Part shown: positions 39,942 to 51,434 of the stretch, one piece after another
How positions within the stretch are numbered: the first letter of the stretch is position 1
How the letters are laid out: every line of letters starts with the position of its first letter
Assembly (NCBI GenBank): GCA_019634365.1
Contig: JAHQVM010000020.1
Coordinates: 19,207 to 83,206, forward strand
Source: Flavobacteriaceae bacterium
Lineage (GTDB): Bacteria; Bacteroidota; Bacteroidia; Flavobacteriales; Flavobacteriaceae
Direction: 5' to 3'
DNA length: 64,000 nucleotides
Made by a program: the position numbers and the translations under genes
Notes under the pieces: model-generated
Database searches by the model: none
Told to the model about the DNA's origin: nothing
Seen by the model: only the letters and a program-made list of their open reading frames with translations

Positions 39942-42900
39942 ATGAAAAACAAATTACTAACTAAACTTTTGTTGCTCCCCATTCTCTTATTGATGGGTAG
40001 TTCGGCTTACGCTCAGCTTACCGTAAGTGGAACGGTTTCAGATGCAACTGGACCGGTCCCTGGGGTAAATATTATCGTAAAAGGAACATCCAACGGAGCA
40101 CAATCAGACTTTGATGGTAATTATACACTTAATGACGTAGCCAATGACGCGGTACTGGTATTCAGTTACTTGGGTTATGCGACACAAGAGGTAAGTGTAG
40201 GCGGTCAAAGTACGATAAACGTTACCCTTCAAGAAGATATTGAAGCGCTTGGTGAAGTGGTAGTAATTGGATACGGTACTACTACCGTAAAAGATGCTAC
40301 GGGTGCTGTAAGTGCAGTAACTTCTGAAGACTTCAACCAAGGGGTAATTTCTTCCCCAGAACAGTTAATTCAGGGTAAAACCGCAGGGGTACAGATTACG
40401 CAAACCACAGGGGAACCTGGTGCAGGTGTTGCCTTCCGTATTCGTGGTTCTAACTCCATTCGTTCGAACAACAACCCGTTATTCGTAATCGACGGAGTGC
40501 CATTAGCTGGAGACGGTACCGCTGCTGCACCTGGTGACATTGCTTTTGGAGCAGGTCAAGCCAGAAACCCACTTAACTTCTTGAATCCTAACGACATTGA
40601 GAGTATCAACATTTTGAAAGATGCTTCTGCAACTGCCATTTATGGTTCTCGTGGTGCAAACGGGGTAGTAATCATTAAAACGAAAAGTGGAAGAGGTAAC
40701 CGTGGAGGACTTTTCGAAGTTTCTACCAATTTAAGTATCTCTAAAGCCCGTGAAGACTATGACTTATTAGATGGACCTGCATACTTAGATGCCATCACAC
40801 TTTTTGGTGGTGATGCCAATGCATTGAACTTCCGTAGTAACACAAACTGGCAAGACGTTATCTTACGTACGTCTACTTCTGTAAACACCAACGTAAGCTA
40901 TTCTCAAAGTTATGCTACCGGTAATGTACGTGCTACTTTCGGATATGGAAAACAATTTGGTGTTGTTGAAAACTCCGACCAAGAGCGTATTACGGGACGA
41001 ATCAACATGCAACAGAGATTCTTAAAGGATAAATTAACGATTGGACTTCAAGGGACTGTTTCCCGAGTAAACGACCAAGCTCCGCCATTGAGTGCTACTG
41101 CAGGATTTAATGGAGATTTAATTGGTGCTGCTTACTTGGCGAACCCAACTTGGCCAAACCGTCCTGGTTTCGATCCAGGAGGAGGGGCATTGAACCCAGC
41201 CAACCTTTTAGAAAACTATAGAAGTTTTACCAATACCAACAGATATTTGGTAAACCTATCTGCCGACTACCAGTTCATTCCAGAATTGAGTGCTAAGGTG
41301 AGTGTAGGTTATGACAGATCTGAGGGTGAGACATTGGCATTGTTCAATGGAGGTGTTAACGGTATTAACCGAGTACAGGACAATGGTCAAGGTGCTTTCA
41401 ATACCTTGGATGCCGAAAACCAACTATTGGAATTTACCGTAAACTACAAGAAAGATTTCGGAAACGTAAATCTTGACTTAATCGCAGGTTACTCTTACCA
41501 AGAGTTCGCCAGAGAAGGTTTCAATTCTCAAGGATGGGGATTCGGAAACGATCTTCTTAGTGAGCAAGAAGCATCATTGAAAGATACGTTCGATGCAGTT
41601 GTTGCTACCCTAGGTGGGGCACAACAAGGTGGATTCGACCAAAATGGATCCTTTATTAATACGCTGCTACCAGAAATTGATGATACAGCAGAATTACCAT
41701 TTGGTACTTTTAGAGGAGTTAACTCTTTTTGGGTAGATTCTTTCGACAATGCCGATGAACTACAATCATTCTTTGGTCGTGCCGTATTAAATATCTCTGA
41801 CAAGTACTTATTTACAGCTACTATGAGAGCTGATGGTTCTTCAAGATTTAGTCCGGACAATCAGTATGGTTACTTCCCTTCTGCTTCTTTCGCATGGAAA
41901 ATGGCTGAAGAAGGTTTCTTCGGTGACGGAGTTTCATCCTTCAAACTAAGAGTGGGTGCTGGTATTGTAGGTAACCAAGATGGATTGGGATATGCAAACT
42001 TTGTTTTGAGACAGCGTTTTGCAGCTCCAACTATTGATAACGACGGATCTATTAACCGTCCAGGTACCATCTTCGTTTCTAACGACAACCCAGATCTTAA
42101 GTGGGAGCAAACGTTAGACTTGAACCTTGGTCTTGACTTTGGTTTCGCCGACGATCGTTTTAGCGGTAGTTTAGATGTATATCGTAAAGAGACAAGCGAC
42201 TTATTGTTCTTCTCTCAGCAAGCAGCTCCTGCAGTACCACCGTTCTTCGTATTCCAGAACCTAGAAGATGGAATCGTTGTTAACCAAGGTATTGAATTAG
42301 GGTTGAGCTACGATTTCGTAGACAATGATGACTTAACAATTGGTGCCTCCTTCAATATTTCTTATAACGACAATATTGTTGAAGATACCGATCGTATTGC
42401 AGATATTGGTATTGTACGTGGTGCTGGTCTTACCAACGCTTTCGCACAACGTTTAGCTGCAGACCAACCTTTATTCTCTTTCTACATGGCCGAATTTACC
42501 GGATTGGATGCCGATGGTCTTCCAACCTATGCTGACGTAGATGGAGATGGTGTAGGAGATCCTGCATTAGATAAAAAATTCGTAGGTAAAGATGCATTGC
42601 CTGACATTAACTCCGGTTTGTCATTAGATGTACGTTACAAAAACTTAGATTTCAACGCTAGCTTCGCTGGACAGTTTGGATTCCACGTTTACAATGCGAC
42701 AGCTAACGCATTCTTTACTTCTGGATCCATAACAACTTCTCGTAACGTAATAACGGATGTTGTTACTAGTGGTGAAGCACCTGGAACATCGGCTGAAGTT
42801 TCTACCAGATACCTGGAAGAAGGAGACTTCATCAGATTGCAGTCTGCCTCTATTGGTTACAACTTTCCGTTAAAAGACGACTCCTTATTCAAGTCATTCA

Positions 42901-43073
42901 GATTAAGCGTGTCGGGACAGAACCTATTCCTACTTACAGACTACAGTGGACTTGATCCTGAAGTAACTGTAAACACAGGAGACTTTGGAGATGGTATTCC
43001 ATCTGCAGGGATCGATTATGCATCTTTCCCACGACCACGCACATTTAGCTTTGGAGTTAATGCAACATTTTAA
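39942..43073 (+). CDS. susC: SusC/RagA TonB-dependent transporter
   Basis: CarboxypepD-like N-terminus; EVVVIGYG; NPNDIESINILKDASATAIYGSRGANGVVII; RADGSSRF; NPDLKWE; C-terminal F. Confidence 0.96.
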   Translation: MKNKLLTKLLLLPILLLMGSSAYAQLTVSGTVSDATGPVPGVNIIVKGTSNGAQSDFDGNYTLNDVANDAVLVFSYLGYATQEVSVGGQSTINVTLQEDIEALGEVVVIGYGTTTVKDATGAVSAVTSEDFNQGVISSPEQLIQGKTAGVQITQTTGEPGAGVAFRIRGSNSIRSNNNPLFVIDGVPLAGDGTAAAPGDIAFGAGQARNPLNFLNPNDIESINILKDASATAIYGSRGANGVVIIKTKSGRGNRGGLFEVSTNLSISKAREDYDLLDGPAYLDAITLFGGDANALNFRSNTNWQDVILRTSTSVNTNVSYSQSYATGNVRATFGYGKQFGVVENSDQERITGRINMQQRFLKDKLTIGLQGTVSRVNDQAPPLSATAGFNGDLIGAAYLANPTWPNRPGFDPGGGALNPANLLENYRSFTNTNRYLVNLSADYQFIPELSAKVSVGYDRSEGETLALFNGGVNGINRVQDNGQGAFNTLDAENQLLEFTVNYKKDFGNVNLDLIAGYSYQEFAREGFNSQGWGFGNDLLSEQEASLKDTFDAVVATLGGAQQGGFDQNGSFINTLLPEIDDTAELPFGTFRGVNSFWVDSFDNADELQSFFGRAVLNISDKYLFTATMRADGSSRFSPDNQYGYFPSASFAWKMAEEGFFGDGVSSFKLRVGAGIVGNQDGLGYANFVLRQRFAAPTIDNDGSINRPGTIFVSNDNPDLKWEQTLDLNLGLDFGFADDRFSGSLDVYRKETSDLLFFSQQAAPAVPPFFVFQNLEDGIVVNQGIELGLSYDFVDNDDLTIGASFNISYNDNIVEDTDRIADIGIVRGAGLTNAFAQRLAADQPLFSFYMAEFTGLDADGLPTYADVDGDGVGDPALDKKFVGKDALPDINSGLSLDVRYKNLDFNASFAGQFGFHVYNATANAFFTSGSITTSRNVITDVVTSGEAPGTSAEVSTRYLEEGDFIRLQSASIGYNFPLKDDSLFKSFRLSVSGQNLFLLTDYSGLDPEVTVNTGDFGDGIPSAGIDYASFPRPRTFSFGVNATF

Positions 43074-43084
43074 TAAAAATTACT

Positions 43085-44692
43085 ATGAGAAAACAAACAA
43101 TGTTTAAAAGAGAGCTCAAATTTGTACTTGCGCTGCTTGCTTTTGGAAGCTTCTTCGCCTGTACCGATTTGGAAATTGAAGAGACCGACTCGGAAATCAC
43201 AGAAGGATTTACTGGAGTTGAAGATACAGAGTCCTTCTTATCGGGTGCTTATAACAACCTGAATGGACGTATCGGTGACCAGGCTAACCTATTCGCTTTG
43301 AGTGAGGTTACTACAGACGCTGCCTTAATTCCAACACGTGGAACCGACTGGGGTGATAATGGAATCTGGAGACAATTGCACCAGCACAACTGGACGCCAA
43401 GTCACCAGTTTATCCTCAACGTTTGGAACCAATGGAATGATACCCAATTAGCGGGATCACAGTTATTGGACTCGCGAAGTAATGCTTCTACTGCAGAACA
43501 AGGACATGCAGCATTCCTAAGAGCACTGGGGATGTACATTATCTTGGATAACTTTGGACAAGTTCCTTTCCGTGATACTACGGCTCCTTCCTTAGAGGCG
43601 CCTTCAGTATTGTCTGGACAGGCAGCTGTAGATTTTATCCTCGCAGATTTGGCAACGGCCATTTCAAACCTTCCTTCCGAAGGACCTGGAACTGGTAACG
43701 ACCGAGCTTCAAAAGCAGCTGCAAGATACTTAAGAGCTAAAGTACTTCTTAACAAGCATATCTATATAGGAGGATCTCCTAACAGTGCAGATATGTCTGA
43801 AGTAGTTTCTTTGGTAGATCAAATTGCTGGTGAAGGATACGGATTGGTTTCTGGTTATTTCGACATCTTTAGAAATGACCTTGACAATGAAACTATCTGG
43901 TATATCCCAACTGCAGTGGGTAACCGTATCTGGAATGGACTTCACTACAACCAAGCTCCTGAAATTACAGGAGGTGGATGGAATGGATTCTCTACCTTGG
44001 CAGAATACTACGATCTTTTTGAAGGAGATCCTAACAACAATGAGTTAGGAAGCGGACAAGAAGAGCGTCGTGGATATGTTCCAACCGAAGGTGAAGCCTT
44101 TACTGGAGAAGCTGGAACTGAAGAGTCTGATGACTTCCCAGGATTTGTAAAAGGATCCAATATTGGTTTCGGATTCTTAGTAGGACAGCAGTATGAAATC
44201 AACGGAACTGCACTTACTGATAGAGCAGGTGCTCCTTTAGTATTTACGCGTGAGTTCCTTGACAACAACGGTCAGCCAAGTTTGATTAACAACAACGAAC
44301 GTACTGGAATTCGTATGATGAAGTACAACCCACGTTATGGTGGATTTACAGAGCACGAGATCTTCTTCAGATATTCTGATGCACACCTTATGAAAGCTGA
44401 AGCCATGATGAGAAATGGTGGAGACGCTACTGGAATGGTGAACGATCTTCGTGTATTACGTGGTGCTTCACCACTTGGCTCTGTTTCTGAAGCTGATCTA
44501 TTAGACGAAAGAGGACGTGAGCTATATGCAGAGTTCTGGAGACGTAACGATATGATTCGTTTCGGTCAGTACACTAGAGACTGGGAATTCAAAGATCCAG
44601 CAGCTGTGGGAGATGCAAACAGAAATCTTTTCCCAATTCCAGCAAGCCAGTTGATTCTTAACCCTAATTTGGTTCAGAATCCAGGATACTAG
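43085..44692 (+). CDS. susD: SusD/RagB surface lipoprotein
   Basis: Lipobox FFAC; FRYSDAHLMKAEA, ERGRELYAE.WRRNDMIRFG and NPNLVQNPGY motifs. Confidence 0.95.
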   Translation: MRKQTMFKRELKFVLALLAFGSFFACTDLEIEETDSEITEGFTGVEDTESFLSGAYNNLNGRIGDQANLFALSEVTTDAALIPTRGTDWGDNGIWRQLHQHNWTPSHQFILNVWNQWNDTQLAGSQLLDSRSNASTAEQGHAAFLRALGMYIILDNFGQVPFRDTTAPSLEAPSVLSGQAAVDFILADLATAISNLPSEGPGTGNDRASKAAARYLRAKVLLNKHIYIGGSPNSADMSEVVSLVDQIAGEGYGLVSGYFDIFRNDLDNETIWYIPTAVGNRIWNGLHYNQAPEITGGGWNGFSTLAEYYDLFEGDPNNNELGSGQEERRGYVPTEGEAFTGEAGTEESDDFPGFVKGSNIGFGFLVGQQYEINGTALTDRAGAPLVFTREFLDNNGQPSLINNNERTGIRMMKYNPRYGGFTEHEIFFRYSDAHLMKAEAMMRNGGDATGMVNDLRVLRGASPLGSVSEADLLDERGRELYAEFWRRNDMIRFGQYTRDWEFKDPAAVGDANRNLFPIPASQLILNPNLVQNPGY

Positions 44693-44716
44693 GATTTTAT
44701 AAACATCATAAATTAA

Positions 44717-44749
44717 ATAAAAGAGGATTAGTTTCTAATCCTCTTTTAT
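44717..44749 (+). terminator. Stem-loop/terminator after susD
   Basis: Perfect 15-bp stem ATAAAAGAGGATTAG-TTT-CTAATCCTCTTTTAT. Confidence 0.75.
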
Positions 44750-44783
44750 ATTTATCTTACCACAAGACAAACGCATTTTTCCT

Positions 44784-47700
44784 TTGGCCAGAACTATTAT
44801 CCCCATAGTAGTACTATTATTCCTATCCATTTCTTGTACTGAGAAATCCGGGGAAAAGCGTTTTATATTACGCACGGATACTGGCATAAATTTTACTAAT
44901 ACCCTAACCAGCACAGCCCAACTCAACATCCTTAACTATTTATACTTCTACAACGGGGCGGGAACTGCCTTGGGTGATTTTAACGGGGACGGATTGCTAG
45001 ATATTTATTTCACCTCCAATCAAGAGGCAGATAAGCTCTATCTCAACAAAGGCAATTTTACTTTTCAGGATATCACACAAGAAGTCCATATTCACAATAC
45101 CGAAGGATGGACTTTTGGTGTAACCACCGTAGATATTAATCATGACGGATTATTAGATATATACATTTCCAAAGTGAGCGGCCATTTAAACCTTACCGGT
45201 GAAAACTTGTTATACGTTAATCAAGGGAATAAAAATGGCATCCCTTATTTTGAAGAGCAAGCCCAACAGTATGGATTGAATACTTCTGGCCTAGCCACAC
45301 AAACTGCATTTTTCGACTATGACCGGGATGGCGATTTGGATGCCTACCAAATGAACCACACCTTAAATCCGAATAACAATTTTGGAAGAGGCTCCCTTCG
45401 GTATCAAAGAGACAGCGTCATTGGAGATCGATTGCTGGAAAATAGAGATGGTATTTTTGTAGATGTATCTCAAGAAGCGCAAATTTTTCAGAACAAAATC
45501 AGTTTTGGACTGGGACTGGCCATTAGCGATCTTAATAAAGACGGGTATCCAGACATGTATGTGGGCAATGATTTTTTCGAAAATGACTACTATTATCTAA
45601 ATCAAAAGGACGGTACCTTTAAAGAATGGAATGCCACCGCATCTCTATTGGGACACACCACCCACTTCTCCATGGGTAATGATATTGCCGATTTGGACAA
45701 CAACGGCTGGCCCGATGTGGTTTCTGTAGACATGCTTCCAGAAGATTTGGAAACCCTGAAATCTGCAGGTACCGAATACAATTACCCCATCTATCAAAAT
45801 CAATTGCGTTTTGGCTACCAACCGCAATTCATGCAAAACACACTGCACCTGAATTTTGGAGGCAACAAATTTTCGGAATCCGCATTTCTATATGGTATGG
45901 CAGCTTCAGAATGGTCCTGGGCTCCACTCCTAGCCGATTTCGACAATGACGGCAAAAAGGATATGTATATCACCAATGGAATTCTGGGAGCTACCAACGA
46001 TATGGACTTCGTCAATTTTATTGCCAACGACAACATCCAAAAACGACTTGGGGCCGGTATGACGGATGAAGAACTGAAGTTCATTGAAATACTTCCTCAA
46101 AAAAAGACCGCCAACTACTTCTTCAGAAATGATGGAACCCAATTTCAAAATACTACAGAGGAATGGTCCGAAAAAATGCCCTCTTTTAGCCATGGTGCAG
46201 CCTATGGCGATCTGGATAACGATGGTGATTTAGATTTAATCGTGAACAACGTAAATGAACCTGCCTATATTCTTGAAAATACAACCCAAAAGAACGATGG
46301 CACTACTAATTATATCACCGTTAGATTTAAGGGTGTTGAAAAGAACCGTTACGGATTGGGTGCTAAAGTGAAAATCTTCACTCAAGGAGAAATGCAATAT
46401 TTCGAAAACCAGCCCACTCGTGGTTATCTATCAGCTGTCGCCCCTGAGGTTTTTGTAGGTTTGGGAGCGTACGACCAAATTGATTCCCTTCAGGTAATTT
46501 GGTCTAGCGGTGCTTTTGAGACGATAACCCATCCAGCCATCAACCAAATACTAACGGTTAATGAGAATGATGCATCCCTGGACAATTTTCAAATGTCACC
46601 CTTACCCAAGGGTTTCCTTACCAATGTTGATAGCCTCATTCCATTCAGAAACACGGACAATGTTTCCATAGAATTTAGTCGGGATCCCCTTATTCCTTTT
46701 GCCAGCACCAATGAAACAGGAGGAATTCTGGTGGGAGATCTAAACAATGATGGTCTTGAGGATTTGGTAACTTTGGGTGGGAAACATCAGTCTACAGAAA
46801 TATGGTATCAAAATCCAGATGGTATTTTGCAAAACACCCTCCTCCCAAGTGCTGAAGCAACCGACATCAACGAAGATACCTTTGGGGTGATTTTCGATGC
46901 CAATGGCGACAGTAAAAATGATCTTTTATTGGTAAGTGGTGGTAATGAATTTAAAACCGGCACTGCCATACAACCTCGTTTGTATCTTCAAAAAGACGCA
47001 ACGTTAGTTGCTGACACCCTTCAATTCAAAAACATCGAAATCCAGGCATCTAAAGCACGTGCAATCGATATAGACAATGATGGAGACTTGGATGTTTGCA
47101 TAACTTCCCATGTCAAAGGACACCAATTTGGTGCTACTCCAAAACAGTATATTTTCAGGAATGATGGTACTGGAATCTTTAATGACCAAACCGGAGTAAT
47201 TTCTGAAGACTTCCAACATATTGGTAATGTAAAAGACATACAATGGATCGATCTCGACGGCAATGGATTTAAAGATGCCATTGTATGCGGCTATTGGATG
47301 CCCATTTCCATTTTCATGAACGATGGAAAAACACTCGCCCAATCCACTACCCTGGACAACACCAAGGGTTGGTGGAATACCGTTAAGATGGCAGATTTTG
47401 ACCAAGATGGTGATGTGGATATCATAGCTGGCAATTGGGGTCTCAACTCACGCTTAACAGCATCGGTAGAAGAACCGATAACATTGTATCTGGAAGATTT
47501 CGACACCAATGGTAAAATTGACCCAATTCTAACCTATTTCTATCAGGGAAAAGAAACCACCTTGGCCACCAAGGATGAACTGGCCAAGCAACTGCCTTCC
47601 ATCAACAAAAAATACCTATCCTACCAAGAATTTGCTGCAGCTGATATAAACGATGTATTACCTTTGAAATCGACCCCTCAAGACCGAGTAAAAAAAGTAG

Positions 47701-48065
47701 TTCAATTAGGGTCAACTTATTTTGAAAACCAAGGTGATAATACTTATATTTCGCATCAACTTCCGCTAGAGGCCCAAGTTTCTACCGTGAATGATATAAT
47801 GATAGATGATATGAATGATGACGGGTATCTAGATGCGCTCTTGGTTGGAAATAATTTTGAAATCAGCACCCAAATTGGAAGATTAGATGCCTCTCATGGC
47901 GTGCTCTTGTTAAATGACAAAAAAGGATTTTTCTCCCCCGTGAATAATCAAGGTTTTTCTGCCAACGGAGCTTGTAGAAGCATCCAAAAAATAACCCTGG
48001 GTAACGAACAATTATATGTGGTTGGAAGAAATAACAACACACCCGTTTTTCTAAAAAAAGAATGA
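44784..48065 (+). CDS. FG-GAP/VCBS plus ASPIC-UnbV (CRTAC1-like) lipoprotein 1
   Basis: Lipobox SISC; many DxD/NxDGxxD blades; central UnbV-type segment (G.GAKV...TRGYLS...VGLG...IDSLQVIWS); second propeller; TTG start. Confidence 0.88.
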   Translation: MARTIIPIVVLLFLSISCTEKSGEKRFILRTDTGINFTNTLTSTAQLNILNYLYFYNGAGTALGDFNGDGLLDIYFTSNQEADKLYLNKGNFTFQDITQEVHIHNTEGWTFGVTTVDINHDGLLDIYISKVSGHLNLTGENLLYVNQGNKNGIPYFEEQAQQYGLNTSGLATQTAFFDYDRDGDLDAYQMNHTLNPNNNFGRGSLRYQRDSVIGDRLLENRDGIFVDVSQEAQIFQNKISFGLGLAISDLNKDGYPDMYVGNDFFENDYYYLNQKDGTFKEWNATASLLGHTTHFSMGNDIADLDNNGWPDVVSVDMLPEDLETLKSAGTEYNYPIYQNQLRFGYQPQFMQNTLHLNFGGNKFSESAFLYGMAASEWSWAPLLADFDNDGKKDMYITNGILGATNDMDFVNFIANDNIQKRLGAGMTDEELKFIEILPQKKTANYFFRNDGTQFQNTTEEWSEKMPSFSHGAAYGDLDNDGDLDLIVNNVNEPAYILENTTQKNDGTTNYITVRFKGVEKNRYGLGAKVKIFTQGEMQYFENQPTRGYLSAVAPEVFVGLGAYDQIDSLQVIWSSGAFETITHPAINQILTVNENDASLDNFQMSPLPKGFLTNVDSLIPFRNTDNVSIEFSRDPLIPFASTNETGGILVGDLNNDGLEDLVTLGGKHQSTEIWYQNPDGILQNTLLPSAEATDINEDTFGVIFDANGDSKNDLLLVSGGNEFKTGTAIQPRLYLQKDATLVADTLQFKNIEIQASKARAIDIDNDGDLDVCITSHVKGHQFGATPKQYIFRNDGTGIFNDQTGVISEDFQHIGNVKDIQWIDLDGNGFKDAIVCGYWMPISIFMNDGKTLAQSTTLDNTKGWWNTVKMADFDQDGDVDIIAGNWGLNSRLTASVEEPITLYLEDFDTNGKIDPILTYFYQGKETTLATKDELAKQLPSINKKYLSYQEFAAADINDVLPLKSTPQDRVKKVVQLGSTYFENQGDNTYISHQLPLEAQVSTVNDIMIDDMNDDGYLDALLVGNNFEISTQIGRLDASHGVLLLNDKKGFFSPVNNQGFSANGACRSIQKITLGNEQLYVVGRNNNTPVFLKKE

Positions 48066-48071
48066 TCATTT

Positions 48072-51000
48072 ATGTACTCTTATAAAATCCCCCATAAAAA
48101 GTTTTTCTTCATAGCAATCGCCATGCTTCTTTTAGCGGCCTGTGGCGAAACGGAAACTGGAACAGATGCGTCCACCGCGGATGGTGAACAGACACTTTTT
48201 TCCTTATTACCCGGCGAAGAAACCGGTGTCGATTTTCTGAATTATGTAGAAAACCAGAAAAACTTCAACATTTTCAAATACCGGAACTTTTATAATGGAG
48301 GCGGTGTTGCAGTTGGCGACATTAACAACGATGGGTTATCCGACATCTATTTTACAGCCAATATGGGGCCTAACAAATTGTACCTGAATAAAGGTGATTG
48401 GAAATTTGAAGATATTTCAGAGAGCGCCGGAGTGGTCGGAAACAAACCATGGTCTACCGGAGTGGTCATGGCCGATGTAAATGCCGATGGCCTCCTCGAC
48501 ATCTATGTGAGTAATGCCGGAAATATGGAAGGCAACAACCATGATAACGATCTTTACATTAACAACGGAGATTTAACTTTTACCGAAAAGGCCAAAGAAT
48601 TCAATTTAGCGGAAACCGGGTTCTCTACCCATGCTTCCTTTTTCGATTACGACAAAGATGGCGATCTGGACGCCTACATCCTCAACAACAGTAATATTCC
48701 CGTGAGTAGTTTGGGCTATGCCGAGCAACGGGATAAACGGGCACAAGATTGGGAAAACGTTCCCGATATTTTTAGGGGTGTTGGAGATCTGCTCATGCGA
48801 AATGATGGTGGCACCTTTACAGATGTTAGCGAAGAGGCAGGCATCTACGGAAGTCTCATCGGATTTGGACTAGGTGTGATGGTTACCGATATTAACCATG
48901 ACTTGTATCCAGATATCTATGTGTCTAACGATTTTTACGAAAGGGATTATCTCTATATCAACAATCAAGATGGCACCTTTACCGAAGATATCAAGAATTG
49001 GACCTCTCGTTTGTGCTTGTCTGCCATGGGTGTGGACATTTCAGATATCAATAATGACGGACTCCAGGATATTTTCATCACCGACATGTTGCCCGAGGAA
49101 GAAGAACGCGTAAAATCGGTCATGGAATTTGATGGTTACAACGTATTCAAACTGAAACAGAGCAAGGATTTTTACCAACAGTATATTCAGAATACATTGC
49201 AAATCAATAACGGGAATGGCTCCTTTTCTGAAGTTGCCTACCATAGTGGTGTTGAAGCAACCGACTGGAGTTGGGCAGGACTTATGTTCGATATGGATAA
49301 TGACGGATATCGGGATATATACGTAACCAACGGGATTAACCACGACCTAACCGATCTCGACTTTGTAGACTTCTTTGCGAACGAGATTATTCAGAATATG
49401 GCACTTACAGGTAAAAAACAGGCGATCGATTCCATTATCGATAAGATGCCTGTGAAACCCCTGCCCAATTATGCATTCCACAACAACAAGGACATCACCT
49501 TTACCGACTTGGCCTCTGATTGGGGATTGGGAACCCCAAGTATGTCCAATGGAGCGGCCTATGGAGATTTGGACAATGACGGCGATCTGGATTTGGTCGT
49601 GAACAATGTGAATATGGAAGCTTTCATTTATCGCAATAACTCCAACGAAACCCAAAACAACAACTACCTAAAGCTATCTTTTGAAGGCAGCGAATTGAAT
49701 CCCTTCGCTGTAGGAACCAAAGTTGTATTGCATTACGATAACGAAATCGTAACCCAGGAATTGGTTCCTTCCCGTGGATTCCAATCGTCTATGGAATACG
49801 ATATGACCCTTGGTTTGGGAAAAACTGCCTCTATCGATTCATTACGTGTCATCTGGCCCAATGACAAAACGCAAAAGATGGAAAACATTCAAGCCAATCA
49901 GACACTCACATTAAAGCAAAGTGATGCTGTCGAAGTGTTTGCCCCAGAAAAGACACGATACCAACCATTGTTAAAGGAAATAAGCTCGTCATTGGCAGCT
50001 CATAAAGAGAATGCCTACAATGATTTCGACTACGAAGGATTAATTGCACACAAGCTTTCAGAGGAAGGCCCTGCTTTGGCCATTGGCGATGTGAATGGCG
50101 ACGGTAATGATGATGTGTTTCTAGGAGGTGCCCAAGGACAAGCAGCCGCCCTCTACACGCACAACGGAAAAGGCAATCTAAGAGCCGCCTCACAATCGGT
50201 TTTCGATACCGATGCCTCCTTCGAGGACGTTGTGGCGGCATTTTTCGACGCTGATGGGGACAATGATTTGGACTTAATCGTTGGAACAGGAGGAAATCAG
50301 GTAGGTTCAGAAAACAAATACATTCCAAGACTATATATCAACGATAGTAGGGGGAATTTCACTCGATCGGATGCAACCCTTCCTTCTACATTTCAGAACA
50401 CCTCAACCATTGCCCCTCATGACTTTGATGGAGATGGGGATGTTGATTTATTTATAGGTTCGAGAAGTGTGGTTGGCATTTATGGAGCTGCTCCACGCCA
50501 CCTGTTTTTGGAGAACAATGGCGACGGAACCTTTACAGACGGAACCCAACGCTTGGCATATGCCTCCAAAGATTTAGGTATGGTGACTGCTGCGGAGTGG
50601 GTGGATATTGATGGTGACGGAAAAAAAGACCTGATTGCCACAACCGACTGGGATGGAATAAAAATCTTAAAGAATTCGGGAAGACGACTCAGTCCAAAAG
50701 CTACTACATTGGATAGCCTTACCGGTTGGTGGAAGACCGTAGCAGCTTCCGATTTGGATGGCGATGGCGATATGGATTTAATTTTGGGTAACGAAGGAAA
50801 CAACATCCATTATGTGCCCTCGGAGGAAAATCCTATGAAAATGTTTATCAATGATTTCGATAACAACGGAACCATAGAACAGATAACTACCCTCCAAAAA
50901 GACGGAAAGGATTATCCCATACATCAGAAAAAAGAACTCACTGCGCAAATGGTCTCTTTAAAAAAGCAGAACCTAAAAGCGCGGGAGTATTCCAAAAAGG

Positions 51001-51434
51001 CCATCGACGAATTATTTCCGAAAGAAGTCATTGATAGATCCATTGTCAAAGAAGTTCGCAATCCAGAATCGATAATCGCTATCAATGATGGAAACGGAAA
51101 CTTCAGTATTAAAAAATTACCCAAGCGCGTTCAATTGTCCTGTGTTTGTGGTATTGCTTGTGCCGATGTAAACAATGATGGACTTACCGATCTCATCATG
51201 GGAGGAAACAACTTCGAATTCAAACCCCAATATTCCCAGTTGGATGCCAGCTACGGAAATGTTCTGATTAACAAGGGAGATTTGGAATTTGAATGGCAGG
51301 ATTACAATGCAAGTGGTTTCTTCGTGAAAGGTGAAATGAAGTACTTGGCAGAATTTAAGGACAAAAATGGAACGAGTTACTTCATTACTGCGATAAACAA
51401 CGGAACCCCAAAAATCTTTACCCATAATGAATAG
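48072..51434 (+). CDS. FG-GAP/VCBS plus ASPIC-UnbV (CRTAC1-like) lipoprotein 2
   Basis: Lipobox LAAC; YNGGGVAVGD, TDWSW and RGFQSS...GLG...IDSLRVIWP motifs. Confidence 0.9.
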   Translation: MYSYKIPHKKFFFIAIAMLLLAACGETETGTDASTADGEQTLFSLLPGEETGVDFLNYVENQKNFNIFKYRNFYNGGGVAVGDINNDGLSDIYFTANMGPNKLYLNKGDWKFEDISESAGVVGNKPWSTGVVMADVNADGLLDIYVSNAGNMEGNNHDNDLYINNGDLTFTEKAKEFNLAETGFSTHASFFDYDKDGDLDAYILNNSNIPVSSLGYAEQRDKRAQDWENVPDIFRGVGDLLMRNDGGTFTDVSEEAGIYGSLIGFGLGVMVTDINHDLYPDIYVSNDFYERDYLYINNQDGTFTEDIKNWTSRLCLSAMGVDISDINNDGLQDIFITDMLPEEEERVKSVMEFDGYNVFKLKQSKDFYQQYIQNTLQINNGNGSFSEVAYHSGVEATDWSWAGLMFDMDNDGYRDIYVTNGINHDLTDLDFVDFFANEIIQNMALTGKKQAIDSIIDKMPVKPLPNYAFHNNKDITFTDLASDWGLGTPSMSNGAAYGDLDNDGDLDLVVNNVNMEAFIYRNNSNETQNNNYLKLSFEGSELNPFAVGTKVVLHYDNEIVTQELVPSRGFQSSMEYDMTLGLGKTASIDSLRVIWPNDKTQKMENIQANQTLTLKQSDAVEVFAPEKTRYQPLLKEISSSLAAHKENAYNDFDYEGLIAHKLSEEGPALAIGDVNGDGNDDVFLGGAQGQAAALYTHNGKGNLRAASQSVFDTDASFEDVVAAFFDADGDNDLDLIVGTGGNQVGSENKYIPRLYINDSRGNFTRSDATLPSTFQNTSTIAPHDFDGDGDVDLFIGSRSVVGIYGAAPRHLFLENNGDGTFTDGTQRLAYASKDLGMVTAAEWVDIDGDGKKDLIATTDWDGIKILKNSGRRLSPKATTLDSLTGWWKTVAASDLDGDGDMDLILGNEGNNIHYVPSEENPMKMFINDFDNNGTIEQITTLQKDGKDYPIHQKKELTAQMVSLKKQNLKAREYSKKAIDELFPKEVIDRSIVKEVRNPESIIAINDGNGNFSIKKLPKRVQLSCVCGIACADVNNDGLTDLIMGGNNFEFKPQYSQLDASYGNVLINKGDLEFEWQDYNASGFFVKGEMKYLAEFKDKNGTSYFITAINNGTPKIFTHNE

